A stretch of DNA of 64,000 nt. Source: Mobula hypostoma. Lineage: Eukaryota. The notes below the pieces were generated by a model that worked only from the letters and a program-made list of their open reading frames with translations, had not been told where the DNA came from and did no database searches. The stretch is taken from the NCBI RefSeq assembly GCF_963921235.1, contig NC_086097.1:252838001-252902000 (forward strand), in the 5' to 3' direction. Of this stretch, positions 23,400 to 35,700 are shown piece by piece. Numbering within the stretch: the stretch's first letter is position 1; each line of letters opens with the position of its first letter. The position numbers were made by a program, and so were the translations under genes.

Positions 23400-26300
23400 C
23401 AAAAGACCACAAGGTATATGAGCATAATTAGGCCATTTGGCCCATCGAGTCTTCTCCACCATTTCATTATGGCTGATCCAACTTTCTTCCCAGCCCTAAT
23501 CTCCTGCCTTCTCCCTGTATCCCTTCATGCCCTGACCAATCAAGAATCTATCAACCTCTGCCTTAAATATGCATAAAGACCTGGCTCCCACAGCTGCCTG
23601 TGGTGAAGAATTCCACAGATTCACCATTCTCCAGCTAAATAAATTCCTGCTCATCTCCGTTCAAAAAAGGACGCCCCTCTATTCTGAGACTGTGTCCTCT
23701 GGTCTAAGACTCTCCCACCATAGGAAATATCCTCTCCACATCCACCCTATCAAGGCCTTTCACCATTCAATAGGTTTCAATGAGGTCACTCCCTCATTCT
23801 CCTGATTTCCAGTGAATACAGGCCCAGAGCCAGCAAACGCTCTTCATATGACAAGCCATTCAATCCTGGAATCATTTTTGTGAACCTCTTTGAACTCTCT
23901 CCAGTTTCAGCACATCCTTTCTAAATATGGGGGCCCAAAACTGCTCACAATACTCCAAGTGACGCCTCACCAGTGCTTCATAAAATCTCAACATTATATC
24001 CTTGCTCCTATATTCTAGTCCTCTTGAAATGAATGCTATCATCACATTCCGTTCTTCACCACAGACACAACCTGCAAATTAAACATGGAATCCTGCACAA
24101 GGACTCCCAATCCCTTTGCACCTCAGTTTTCTGTATTTTATCTCCATTTAGAAAATAGTTAACCCTATAATTTCTTTTACCAAAGTGTATGACCATACAC
24201 TTCCTGACACAGTATTCCATATGTAATTTCTTCATCCATTCTCCTAACCTGTCCAGGTCCTTCTCTACTACCTCAAAACTGCCTGCCCCTCCACTTATCT
24301 TCATATCATCTGCAAACTTTGCAACAAAGCCATCAATTTCATCATCCGAATCATTGACATAAGACATGAAAAGAATTGGTCCCAACACAGACCCCTGTGG
24401 AACACCACTAGTCACCAGCAGCCAGTCAGAAAAGGCTCCATTTATTCCCACTCTTTGCCTCCTGCCATTCAGCCACTGCTTTATCCATGCTAGAATCTTT
24501 CCTGTAATACCATGGGCTCGGAGCTTGTTAAGCAGCCTTATGGTTAAGTGGCACCTTGTCAAAAACTTTCTGAAAATCCAAGTACACATCAACCAATTCT
24601 CCTTTGTCTATCCTGCTTGTTATTTAGATTAGATTATGAGGATACTCAGTCCTCGTTTATTGTCATTTAGAAATGCATGCATTAAGAAATGATACAATGT
24701 TCCTCCAGAGTGATATCACAGAAAAACAGGACAGACCAAAGACTAACACTTACAGAACCACATAATTATCACATATAGTTACAGCAGTGCAAAGCAATAC
24801 CATAATTTGATAAAGAGCAGACCATGGGCACTGTAAAAAAAAAGTCTCAAAGTTCCGATCGACTCCCGATAGTCCCCGATAACAGGTGGCAAAAGGGAGA
24901 AACTCCCTGCCATAAACCTCCAGGCACCGGCAACTGCCGATGCATTGAAAGCACCCGACCACAGCCGACTCTGAGTCCGGCCGTCTGAAAACTTCGAGCC
25001 TCCGACCAGCCCCTCTGATACAGCCTCCCGAGCGCCATCCTCTGCCGAGCGCCTTCGACCTCACCCTGGCCACCGAAACAAGCAAGGCCGAGGATTTGGG
25101 GCCTTCTCCTCCGGAGATGCTGGACCGCACAGTAACAGCGGTAGTGAAGCAGGCATTTCAGAAGTTTCTCCAGATGTTCCTCCGTACTCTCATGTCTGTC
25201 TCCATCAGATCAGAATTGTGTACAGTACCCTACTTGACACATAACAGATATCATTCACCGGAGTGGCCCTGTGCGCTGTGTTGCGCCGCCCTCTTCTCCT
25301 CCTCCTCCAGGAGAAAATATTTCTTCAAAGATTTCCAACAGATTTGTCAGGCAAGATTTTCCCTTGAGGAAACCATGCTGATTACAACCTATTTTATCAT
25401 GTACCTCCAAGTACCCCTGGACCTCATCCTTTATAATTGACTCCAACGTTTCCCAACCACTGAGGTCAGACTAACTGGCCAATAGTTTCCTTTCTTCTGC
25501 CTCTCTCCCTTATTGAAGAGTGGAGTGACATCTGCAATTTTCCAGTCTTCTGGAACCATTCCAGAATCTAGTGATTCTTAAAAGATCATTACTAATGCCT
25601 CCACAATCTCTTCAGCCACCTCTTTCAGAACTCTGGGGTATACATCATCAGCTCCAGGTGACTTATCTACCACTAGGCCTTTCAGTTTCCCAGCAAACTT
25701 CTCTCTAGTTATGGGACTTCATGCACTTCATGCCCCCTGACACCTGGAACTTCTACCACACTGCTACTGTTTTCCTCAATGAAGACTGATACGAAATACT
25801 TAAGTAGTTCATTATCTCCCATTACTACATCTCTTAACTTTGTTTTACAATAGTCCGATATCCACTCTCACTTTTTTACACTTTATGCATCTGAAGAAAT
25901 TTTTGATATCCTCTTTAATACTATAGGCTAGCTTACTTTTGTATTCCATCTTTACCTCTTAATGACTTTTTAGTTGGTGTCTGCTGGTTTTTAAAAGCTT
26001 CCCAATCCTCTAACTTCCCATTAATATTTTCTCTCTTATATGCCCTCATCTTTGTTAGCCATGGTTGTGTTGTCTTTCCTTTAGAATACTTCTTCCTCTT
26101 TGGAAAGTTTATTCCCGTGCCTTCCAGAAACTCCAGACATTGTCGCTCTGCCATCATCCCTACCAGTGTTCTTTTCCAATCAATTCTGGCTCAATCCTCT
26201 CTCATGCCTCTGTAATTCCCTTTACTCCACTCTAATATTGATACATCTGACTTCAGCTTCTTCTCAAATTTCAGGGTTAGTTTGATCATATTATGGGTTC

Positions 26301-26600
26301 TTTTACTATAAGGTCTCTAATCAATTCCGGTTCATTGCACAACACCCAACCTAGAATAGCTAATCCCTAGTGGGCTCAACCACGAACTGCTCTAAAAAGC
26401 CATCTCACATGCACTGTAGAAATTTCCCCTCTTGTGATCAGCACCAACTAATTTTCCCAATATACCTGCATATTGAAGTTCCCCATGACCATTGTAACAT
26501 TGCCCTTTCAGCTTGCATTTTCTATCTCCCTTTGTAATTTATAGGCCACATCCTTCCTACTGTTTGAGGGTCTGTATACAACTCCCATCACGGTCTTTTT
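23400..26600 (-). mobile_element. CR1 LINE ORF2 remnant, split by the 24626-25317 insert
   Basis: GVPQGSVLGP/FADD (24056-24592), QHGFLKGKSCLTNLLE (25320-25446), APE remnants up to ~26600. Confidence 0.87.
24626..25317 (-). mobile_element. Non-coding ~690-bp retroposon-like element; copy 1
   Basis: Inserts cleanly into the CR1 RT (possible TSD tattt at 24621-24625 and 25318-25322), (atcta)n tail, homologous to 44578-45258. Confidence 0.8.
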
Positions 26601-26709
26601 CCCCGGTACCTCCTCCTTACTAATTGGTAGTAATGAGAAGAGGGCATGAACTGGGTGACGGTGGTCCGTAATGATGGATACCGCTGCCTTGAGACACCAG
26701 CTTCTGAAG

Positions 26710-29700
26710 ATGTCCTCGATGCTGGGAGGATTGTGTCCTCAATGGTGGGAGGGATGTCTCCTCGATGGTGGGAGGGTTGTCTACTCGATGGTGGGAGGGT
26801 TGTGTCGGTGATGGTGGGAGGGTTGTGTCCTCGACGGTGGGAGGGTTGTGTCTGTGATGGTGGGAGGGTTGTGTCGGTGATGGTAGGAGAATTGTGCCCT
26901 CGATGGTAGAAGGGTTGTGTCGGTGATGGTGGGAGGGTTGTGTCCTTGATGGGGGGAGGGTTGAGTCGGTGATGGTGGGAGGGTTGAGTAGGTGATGGTG
27001 GGAGGGTTGTGCCTCGATGGTGGGAGGGTTGTGTCGGTGATGGTGGGACGGTTGTGTCAGTGATGGTAGGAGGGTTGTGTTGGTGATGGTGGGAGGGTTG
27101 TTTCCTTGATGGTGGGAGGGTTCTGTCGGTGATGGTGGGACGGTTGTGCCCTTGAGTGGGAGGGTTGTGTCGGTGATGGTGGGAGGGCCGTGTCGGTGAT
27201 GGTGGGAGGGTTGAGTCGGTGATGGTAGGAGGGATGTGTTCCCGATGGTGGGAGGGTTGTGTTCATGATGGTAGGAGGGTTGTGTCCTCGATGGTGGGAG
27301 GGTCATGTCGGTGATGGTGGGAGGGCTGTGTCCTCGCTGGTGGGAGGGTTGTGTCGGTGATGGTGGGAGGGTTGTGTCCTCGATGGTAGAAGGGTTGTGT
27401 CGGTGATGGTGGGAGGGTTGTGCCCTCGATGGTAGAAGGGTTGTGTCGGTGATGGTGGGAGGGTTGTGCCCTCGATGGTAAGAGGGTTGTGTCGGTGATG
27501 GTGCGAGGGTTGTGTCGCTGATGGTGGGAGGGTTGTGTCCTTGATGGTGGGAGGGTTGTGTCCTTGATGGTGGGAGGGTTCTGTCGGTGATGGTGGGACG
27601 GTTGTGCCATTGAAGGTGGGAGGGTTGTCTCTCGATGGTAGGAGGGTCGTGTCGGTGATGGTGTGAGGGTTGTGTCGGTGATGGTGGGAGGGTTGTCTCT
27701 CGATGGTAGGAGGGTTGTGTCGGTGATGGTGGGAGGGTTGAGTCGGTGATGGTAGGAGGGATGTGTTCCCGATGGTGGGAGGGTTGTGTTCATGATGGTA
27801 GGAGGGTTGTGTCCTCGATGGTGGGAGGGTCGTGTTGGTGATGGTGGGAGGGTTGTGTCCTCGATGGTGGGAGGGTTGTGTCGGTGATGGTGGGAGGGTT
27901 GTGTCCTCGATAGTGGGAGGGTTGTGTCGGTGATGGTGGGAGGGTTGTGTTACCGATGGTGGGAGGGTTGTGTCGGTGATGGTGGGAGGGTTGTGTTCCC
28001 GATGGTGGGAGGGTTGTGTCGGTGATGGTCAGGGGGTTGTGTCGCTGATGATGGGAGGGTTGTGTCAGTGATGGTGGGAGGGATGTGCCTCGATGATGGA
28101 AGAGTTGTGTCGGTGATGATGGGTGGGTTGTGTCCTTGATGGTGGGAGGGTTATGTCCTCGATAGTGGGAGGGTTGTGTTGGCGATGGTGGGAGGGTTGT
28201 GCCCTCGATGATGGGAGGGTTGTGTCGATGATGGTGGGAGGGTTGTGTCCTCGATAGTGGGAGGGTTGTGTCAGTGATGGTGGGAAGGTTATGACCCCGA
28301 TGGTGGGAGGGTTGTGTCGGTGATGGTGGGAGGGTTGTGTCCTCGATGGTGGGAGGGTTATGTCCCCGATGGTGGGAGGGTTGTTTCCTTGATGGTGGGA
28401 GTGTTGTGTCGGTGATGGTGGGAGGGTTGTGCCCTCGATGATGCAAGGGTTGTGTCGGTGATGGTGGGAGGGGTATATCCTCGATGGTGGGAGGGTTGTG
28501 TCCTCGATGCTGGGAGGGTTGTGTCAGTGATGATGGGAGGGTTGTGTCCTCGATGCTGGGAGGGTTGTGTCAGTGATGGTGGGAGGGTTATGTCCCCAAT
28601 GGTGGGAGGGTTGTTTCCTTGATGGTGGGAGGGATGTGTCGGTGATGGTGGGAGGGTTGTGTCCTGGATGGTGGGTGGGTTGTGTCCTCGATGGTGGAGG
28701 GGTTGTGTCCTCGATGCTGGGAGGGTTGTGGCAGTGATGCTGGGACGGTTGTGTCGGTGATGTTGGGAGGGTAGTGTCGTTGTTGGTTTTAGGGTTGTTT
28801 CCTCGATAGTGGGAGGGTTGTGTCCCCGATGGTGGGAGGGTTGTGTTCTCGATGGTGGGAGGGTTGTGTCGGTGATGGTGAGAGGGTTGTGTCCTCGATG
28901 GTGGGAGGGTTGTGTCGGTGATGGTGAGAGGGTTTTGTCCTTGATGGTGGGAGGGTTGTGTCCTTGATGGGGGGAGGGTTGTGTCGGTGATGGTGAGAGG
29001 GTTGTGTCGGTGATGGTGGGAGGGTTGTGTCCTCGATGGTGGAAGAGTTGTGTCGGTGATGGTGGGAGGGTTGTGTCCTTGATGGTGGGAGGGTTATGTC
29101 CTCGATAGTGGGAGGGTTGTGTTGGCGATGGTGGGAGGGTTGTGTCGGTGATGGTCAGAGGGTTGTGTCGCTGATGATGGGAGGGTTGTGTCAGTGATGG
29201 TGGGAGGGATGTGCCTCGATGATGGAAGAGTTGTGTCGGTGATGGTGGGAGGGTTGTGTCCTTGATGGTGGGAGGGTTATGTCCTCGATAGTGGGAGGGT
29301 TGTGTTGGCGATGGTGGGAGGGTTGTGCCCTCGATGATGGGAGGGTTGTGTCGATGATGGTGGGAGGGTTGTGTCCTCGATAGTGGGAGGGTTGTGTCAG
29401 TGATGGTGGGAAGGTTATGACCCCGATGGTGGGAGGGTTGTGTCGGTGATGGTCAGAGGGTTGTGTCGCTGATGATGGGAGGGTTGTGTCAGTGATGGTG
29501 GGAGGGATGTGCCTCGATGATGGAAGAGTTGTGTCGGTGATGGTGGGAGGGTTGTGTCCTTGATGGTGGGAGGGTTATGTCCTCGATAGTGGGAGGGTTG
29601 TGTTGGCGATGGTGGGAGGGTTGTGCCCTCGATGATGGGAGGGTTGTGTCGATGATGGTGGGAGGGTTGTGTCCTCGATAGTGGGAGGGTTGTGTCAGTG

Positions 29701-32700
29701 ATGGTGGGAAGGTTATGACCCCGATGGTGGGAGGGTTGTGTCGGTGATGGTGGGAGGGTTGTGTCCTCGATGGTGGGAGGGTTATGTCCCCGATGGTGGG
29801 AGGGTTGTTTCCTTGATGGTGGGAGTGTTGTGTCCTCGATGCTGGGAGGGTTGTGTCAGTGATGATGGGAGGGTTGTGTCCTCGATGCTGGGAGGGTTGT
29901 GTCAGTGATGGTGGGAGGGTTATGTCCCCGATGGTGGGAGGGATGTGTCAGTGATGGTGGAGGGGTTGTGTCCTCGATGCTGGGAGTGTTGTGGCAGTGA
30001 TGCTGGGACGGTTGTGTCGGTGATGTTGGGAGGGTAGTGTCGTTGTTGGTTTTAGGGTTGTTTCCTCGATAGTGGGAGGGTTGTGTCCCCGATGGTGGGA
30101 GGGTTGTGTCCTCGATGGTGGGAGGGTTGTGTCGGTGATGGTGAGAGGGTTTTGTCCTTGATGGTGGGAGGGTTGTGTCCTTGATGGGGGGAGGGTTGTG
30201 TCGGTGATGGTGAGAGGGTTGTGTCGGTGATGGTGAGAGGGTTGTGTCGGTGATGGTGGGAGGGTTGTGCCCTCGATGGTAGAAGGGTTGTGTCGGTGAT
30301 GGTGGGAGGGTTGTGCCCTCGATGGTCGGAGGGTTGTGTCGGTGATGGTGAGAGGGTTGTGTTGGTGATGGTGGGAGGGTTGTGTCGGTGATGGTGGGAG
30401 GGTTGTGTCGGTGATGGTAGGAGGGTTGTGCCATTGAAGGTGGGAGGGTTGTGTCGGTGATGGTGGGACGGTTGTGCCATTGAAGGTGGGAGGGTTGTGT
30501 CGGTGATGGTGGGAGGGTTGTGTCCTTGATGGTGGGAGGGTTCTGTCGGTGATGGTGGGACGGTTGTGCCATTGAAGGTGGGAGGGTTGTGTCGGTGATG
30601 GTGGGAGGGTCGTGTCGGTGATGGTGTGAGGGTTGTGTCGGTGATGGTGGGAGGGTTGTCTCTCGATGGTAGGAGGGTTGTTTCGGTGATGGTGGGTGGG
30701 TTGTGTCCTTGATGGTGGGAGGGTTCTGTCGGTGATGGTGGAACGGTTGTGCCATTGAAGGTGGGAGGGTTGTCTCTCGATGGTAGGAGGGTTGTGTCGG
30801 TGATGGTGGGAGGGTTGAGTCAGTGATGGTAGGAGGGATGTGTTCCCGATGGTGGGAGGGTTGTGTTCATGATGGTAGGAGGGTTGTGTCCTCGATGGTG
30901 GGAGGGTCGTGTTGGTGATGGTGGGAGGGTTGTGTTCCCGATGATGGGAGGGTTGTGTCGGTGATGGTCAGAGGGTTGTGTCGCTGATGATGGGAGGGTT
31001 GTGTCAGTGATGGTGGGAGGGATGTGCCTCGATGATGGAAGAGTTGTGTCGGTGATGGTGGGAGGGTTGTGTCCTCGACGGTGGGAGGGTTGTGTCGGTG
31101 ATGGTGGGAGGGTTGGGTCCTTGATGGGGGGAGGGTTGAGTCGGTGATGGTGGGAGGGTTGAGTAGGTGATGGTGGGAGGGTTGTGCCTCGATGGTGGGA
31201 GGGTTGTGTCGGTGATGGTGGGACGGTTGTGTCAGTGATGGTAGGAGGGTTGTGTTGGTGATGGTGGGAGGGTTCTGTCGGTGATGGTGGGACGGTTGTG
31301 CCCTTGAGTGGGAGGGTTGTGTCGGTGATGGTGGGAGGGCCGTGTCGGTGATGGTGGGAGGGCCGTGTCGGTGATGGTGGGAGGGTTGAGTCGGTGATGG
31401 TAGGAGGGATGTGTTCCCGATGGTAGGAGGGTTGTGTCCTCGATGGTGGGAGGGTTGTGTCGGTGATGGTGGGAGGGTTGTGCCCTCGATGGTAGAAGGG
31501 TTGTGTCGGTGATGGTGGGAGGGTTGTGCCCTCGATGGTAGAAGGGTTGTGTCGGTGATGGTGGGAGGGTTGTGCCCTCGATGGTAAGAGGGTTGTGTCG
31601 GTGATGGTGCGAGGGTTGTGTCGCTGATGGTGGGAGGGTTGTGTCCTCGATGGTAGGAGGGTTGTGTTGGTGATGGTGGGAGGGTTGTGTCCTTGATGGT
31701 GGGAGGGTTGTGTCCTCGATGGTAGGAGGGTTGTGTTGGTTATGGTGGGAGGGTTGTGTCCTTGATGGTGGGAGGGTTCTGTCAGTGATGGTGGGACGGT
31801 TGTGCCATTGAAGGTGGGAGGGTTGTCTCTCGATGGTAGGAGGGTTGTGTCGGTGATGGTGGGAGGGTTGAGTCAGTGATGGTAGGAGGGATGTGTTCCC
31901 GATGGTGGGAGGGTTGTGTTCATGATGGTAGGAGGGTTGTGTCCTCGATGGTGGAAGGGTCGTGTTGGTGATGGTGGGAGGGTTGTGTCCTCGATGGTGG
32001 GAGGGTTGTGTCGGTGATGGTGGGAGGGTTGTGTTCCCGATGGTGGGAGGGTTGTGTCGGTGATGGTGGGAGGGTTGTGTCCTCGATGGTGGAAGGGTTG
32101 TGTCCTCGATGGTGGAAGGGTTGTGTCGGTGATGGTCAGAGGGTTGTGTCGCTGATGATGGGAGGGTTGTGTCAGTGATGGTGGGAGGGATGTGCCTCGA
32201 TGATGGAAGGGTTGTGTCGGTGATGGTGGGAGGGTTGTGTCGGTGATGGTGGGAGGGTTGTGTCCTCGATGGTGGGAGGGTTGTGTCGGTGATAGTCAGA
32301 TAGTCAGAGGGTTGTGTCGCTGATGATGGGAGGGTTGTGTCAGTGATGCTGGGAGGGATGTGCCTCGATGATGGAAGAGTTGTGTCTGTGATGGTGGGAG
32401 GGTTGTGTCCTTGATGGTGGGAGGGTTATGTCCTCGATAGTGGGAGGGTTGTGTTGGTGATGGTGGGAGGGTTGTGCCCTCGATGATTGGAGGGTTGTGT
32501 CGATGATGGTGGGAGGGTTGTGTCCTTGATAGTGGGAGGGTTGTGTCAGTGATGGTGGGAGGGTTGTGTCCTCGATGGTGGGAGGGTTATGTCCCCGATG
32601 GTGGGAGGGTTGTTTCCTTGATGGTGGGAGTGTTGTGTCGGTGATGGTGGGAGGGTTGTGCCCTCGATGATGCAAGGGTTGTGTCGGTGATGGTGGGAGG

Positions 32701-35700
32701 GGTATATCCTCGATGGTGGGAGGGTTGTGTCCTCGATGCTGGGAGGGTTGTGTCAGTGATGATGGGAGGGTTGTGTCCTCGATGCTGGGAGGGTTGTGTC
32801 AGTGATGGTGGGAGGGTTATGTCCCCGATGGTGGGAGGGTTGTTTCCTTGATGGTGGGAGGGATGTGTCGGTGATGGTGGGAGTGTTGTGTCGGTGATGG
32901 TGGGAGTATTGTGTCCTTGATGGTGGGAGGGTTGTGTCGGTGATGGTGGGAGGGCTGTGTTCCCGATGGTGGGAGGGTTTTGTTGGTGATGGTGGGAGGG
33001 TTGTGTCCTCGATGGTGGGATGGTCGTGTCCTTGATAGTGGGAGGGTTGTGTCGGTGATGGTGGGAGGGTTGTGCGCTCGATTAAGGGAGGGTTGTGGCA
33101 GTAATGGTGGGAGGGTTGTGTCCTGGATGGTGGGAGGATTATGTCCCCGATGGTGGGTGGTTTGTGTCCCCAATGGTGGGAGGTTTGTATCGCTGATGGT
33201 GGGAGAGTTGTGTCCTCGCTGGTGGGAGGGTTGTGTCCTCGATTGTGGGAGGGTTCTGGCAGTAATGGTTGGAGTGTTGTGTCCTGGATGGTGGGAGGGT
33301 TATGTCCCCGATGGTGGGAGCGTTGTTTCCTTGATGGTGGGAGGGTTGTGTCGGTGATGGTGAGAGGTTTGTGTCCTGGATGGTGGGAGGATTGTGCCCT
33401 CAATGCTGGGAGCATTGTGTCCTCGATGCTGGGTGGGTTGTGTTGGTGATGTTGGGAGGGTTGTGTCGGTGATGGTGGGAGGGTTGTGTCCTCGATGCTT
33501 GGAGGGTTGTGGCAGTGATGATGGGAGGGTAGTTTCTTTGATGGTGGGAGGGTTGTGTCGGTGATGGTGGGAGGGTTGTGTCCTCGATGCTGGGAGGGTT
33601 GTGGCAGTGATGATGGGAGGGTTATGTCCTGGATGGTGGGCGGGTTATGTCCCCGATGGTGGGAGGGTTGTTGCCTTGATGGTGGGGGGGTTGTGTCGGT
33701 GAGGGTGGAAGGGTTGAATCCTGGATGGTGGGAGGGTTGTGTCCCCAGTGGTGGGAGGGTTGTGTCCTCGATGGTGGGAGGGTTGTATCGGTGATGGTGG
33801 GAGGGTTGTGTCGTTGATGATAGGAGGGTTGTGTCCTCGATGGTGGGAGGGTTGTGTCGGTGATGGTGGGTGGGTTGTGTCGGTGATGGTGGGAGGGTTG
33901 TCTCCTCGATGGTGGGAGGGTTGTGTCGGTGATGGTGGGAGGGTTGTGTCCTTGATGGTGGGATGGTCGTGTCCTTGATAGTGGGAGGGTTGTGTCGGTG
34001 ATGGTGGGAGGGTTGTGGCAGTAATGGTGGGAGGGTTGTGTCGGTGTTGGTGGGAGAGTTGTGTCCTCGCTGGTGGGAGGGTTGTGTCCTCGATTGTGGG
34101 AGGGTTCTGGCAGTAATGGTTGGAGTGTTGTGTCCTGGATGGTGGGAGGGTTATGTCCCCGATGGTGGGAGCGTTGTTTCCTTGATGGTGGGAGGGTTGT
34201 GTCGGTGATGGTGAGAGGTTTGTGTCCTGGATGGTGGGAGGATTGTGCCCTCAATGCTGGGAGCATTGTGTCCTCGATGCTGGGTGGGTTGTGTTGGTGA
34301 TGTTGGGAGGGTTGTGTCGTTGATGGTGGGAGGGTTGTTTCCTCGATGGTGGGTGGGTTGTGTCCTCGATGGTGGGATGGTCGTGTCCTTGATAGTGGGA
34401 GGGTTGTGTCGGTGATGGTGGGAGGGTTGTGCGCTCGATGATGGGAGGGTTGTGGCAGTAATGGTGGGAGGGTTGTGTCCTGGATGGTGGGAGGATTATG
34501 TACCCGATGGTGGGAGGGTTGTGTACCCAATGGTGGGAGGTTTGTATCGCTGATATCGGGAGGGTTGTGTCGGTGTTCGTGGGAGAGTTGTGTCCTCGCT
34601 GGTGGGAGGGTTGTGTCCTCGATTGTGGGAGTGTTCTGGCAGTGATGGTTGGAGTGTTGTGTCCTGGATGGTGGGACGGTTATGTCCCCGATGGTGGGAG
34701 GGTTGTTTCCTTGATGGTGGGAGGGTTGTGTCGGTGATGGTGAGAGGGTTGTGTCGTTGATGGTCGGAGGGTTGTGTTGGTGATGGTGGGAGGGGTTGTG
34801 TCCTGGATGGTGGGAGGGTTGTGTCTGTGATGGTGGCAGGGTTGTGTCCTCGATGGTGGGAGGTTTGTGTCGGTGATGGTGGGTGGGTTGTGTCGCTGAT
34901 GGTGCGAGGGTTGTGTCGGTGATAGTGGAAGGGTTGTGTCCTCGATGGTGGGAGGGTTGTGTCCTTGATAGTGGGATGGTTGTGTTGGTGATGGTGGGAG
35001 GGTTGTGCCCTCGATGATGAGAGGATTGTGTCCTTGATAGTGGGATGGTTGTGTTGGTGATGGTTGGAGGGTTGTGCCCTCGATGATGGGAGGGTTGTTT
35101 CGGTGATGGTGGGAGGGTTGTGCCCTCGATGATTGGAGGGTTGTGTCGGGGATGGTGGGAGGGTTATGTCATCGATGGTGGGAGGGTTGTGTCCTCGACG
35201 CTGGGAGATTTGTGGCAGTGATGGTGGGAGGATTGTGCCCCTGATGGTGTGAGTGTTATGTCCCCGATGATGGGAGGGTTGTTTCCTTGATGTTGGGAGG
35301 GTTGTGTTGGTTATGGTGGGAGGGCTGTGTCCGGGATGGTGGGAGTGTTGTGTCCTCGATGGTGGGAGAGTTGTGGCCTTGATGCTGGGAGGGTTGTGGC
35401 AGTGATGGTGGGAAGGTTGTGTCTGTGATGTTGGGAGGGTAGTGTCGTTGTTGGTGGGAGGGTTGTTTCCTCGATGGTGGGAGGGTTGTGTCCCCGATGG
35501 TGGGAGGGTTGTGTCCTCGATGGTCGGAGGGTTGTGTACCCAATGGTGGGAGGGTTGTGTCCTCGATGGTGGGAGGGTGGTGTCGGTGATGATGGGTGGG
35601 TTGTGTCCTCGATGGTGGGAGTGTTGTGTTGGTGATGGTTGGAGGGTTGTGCCCTCGATGATGGGAGGGTTGTGTCCGGGATGGTGGGAGTGTTGTGTCC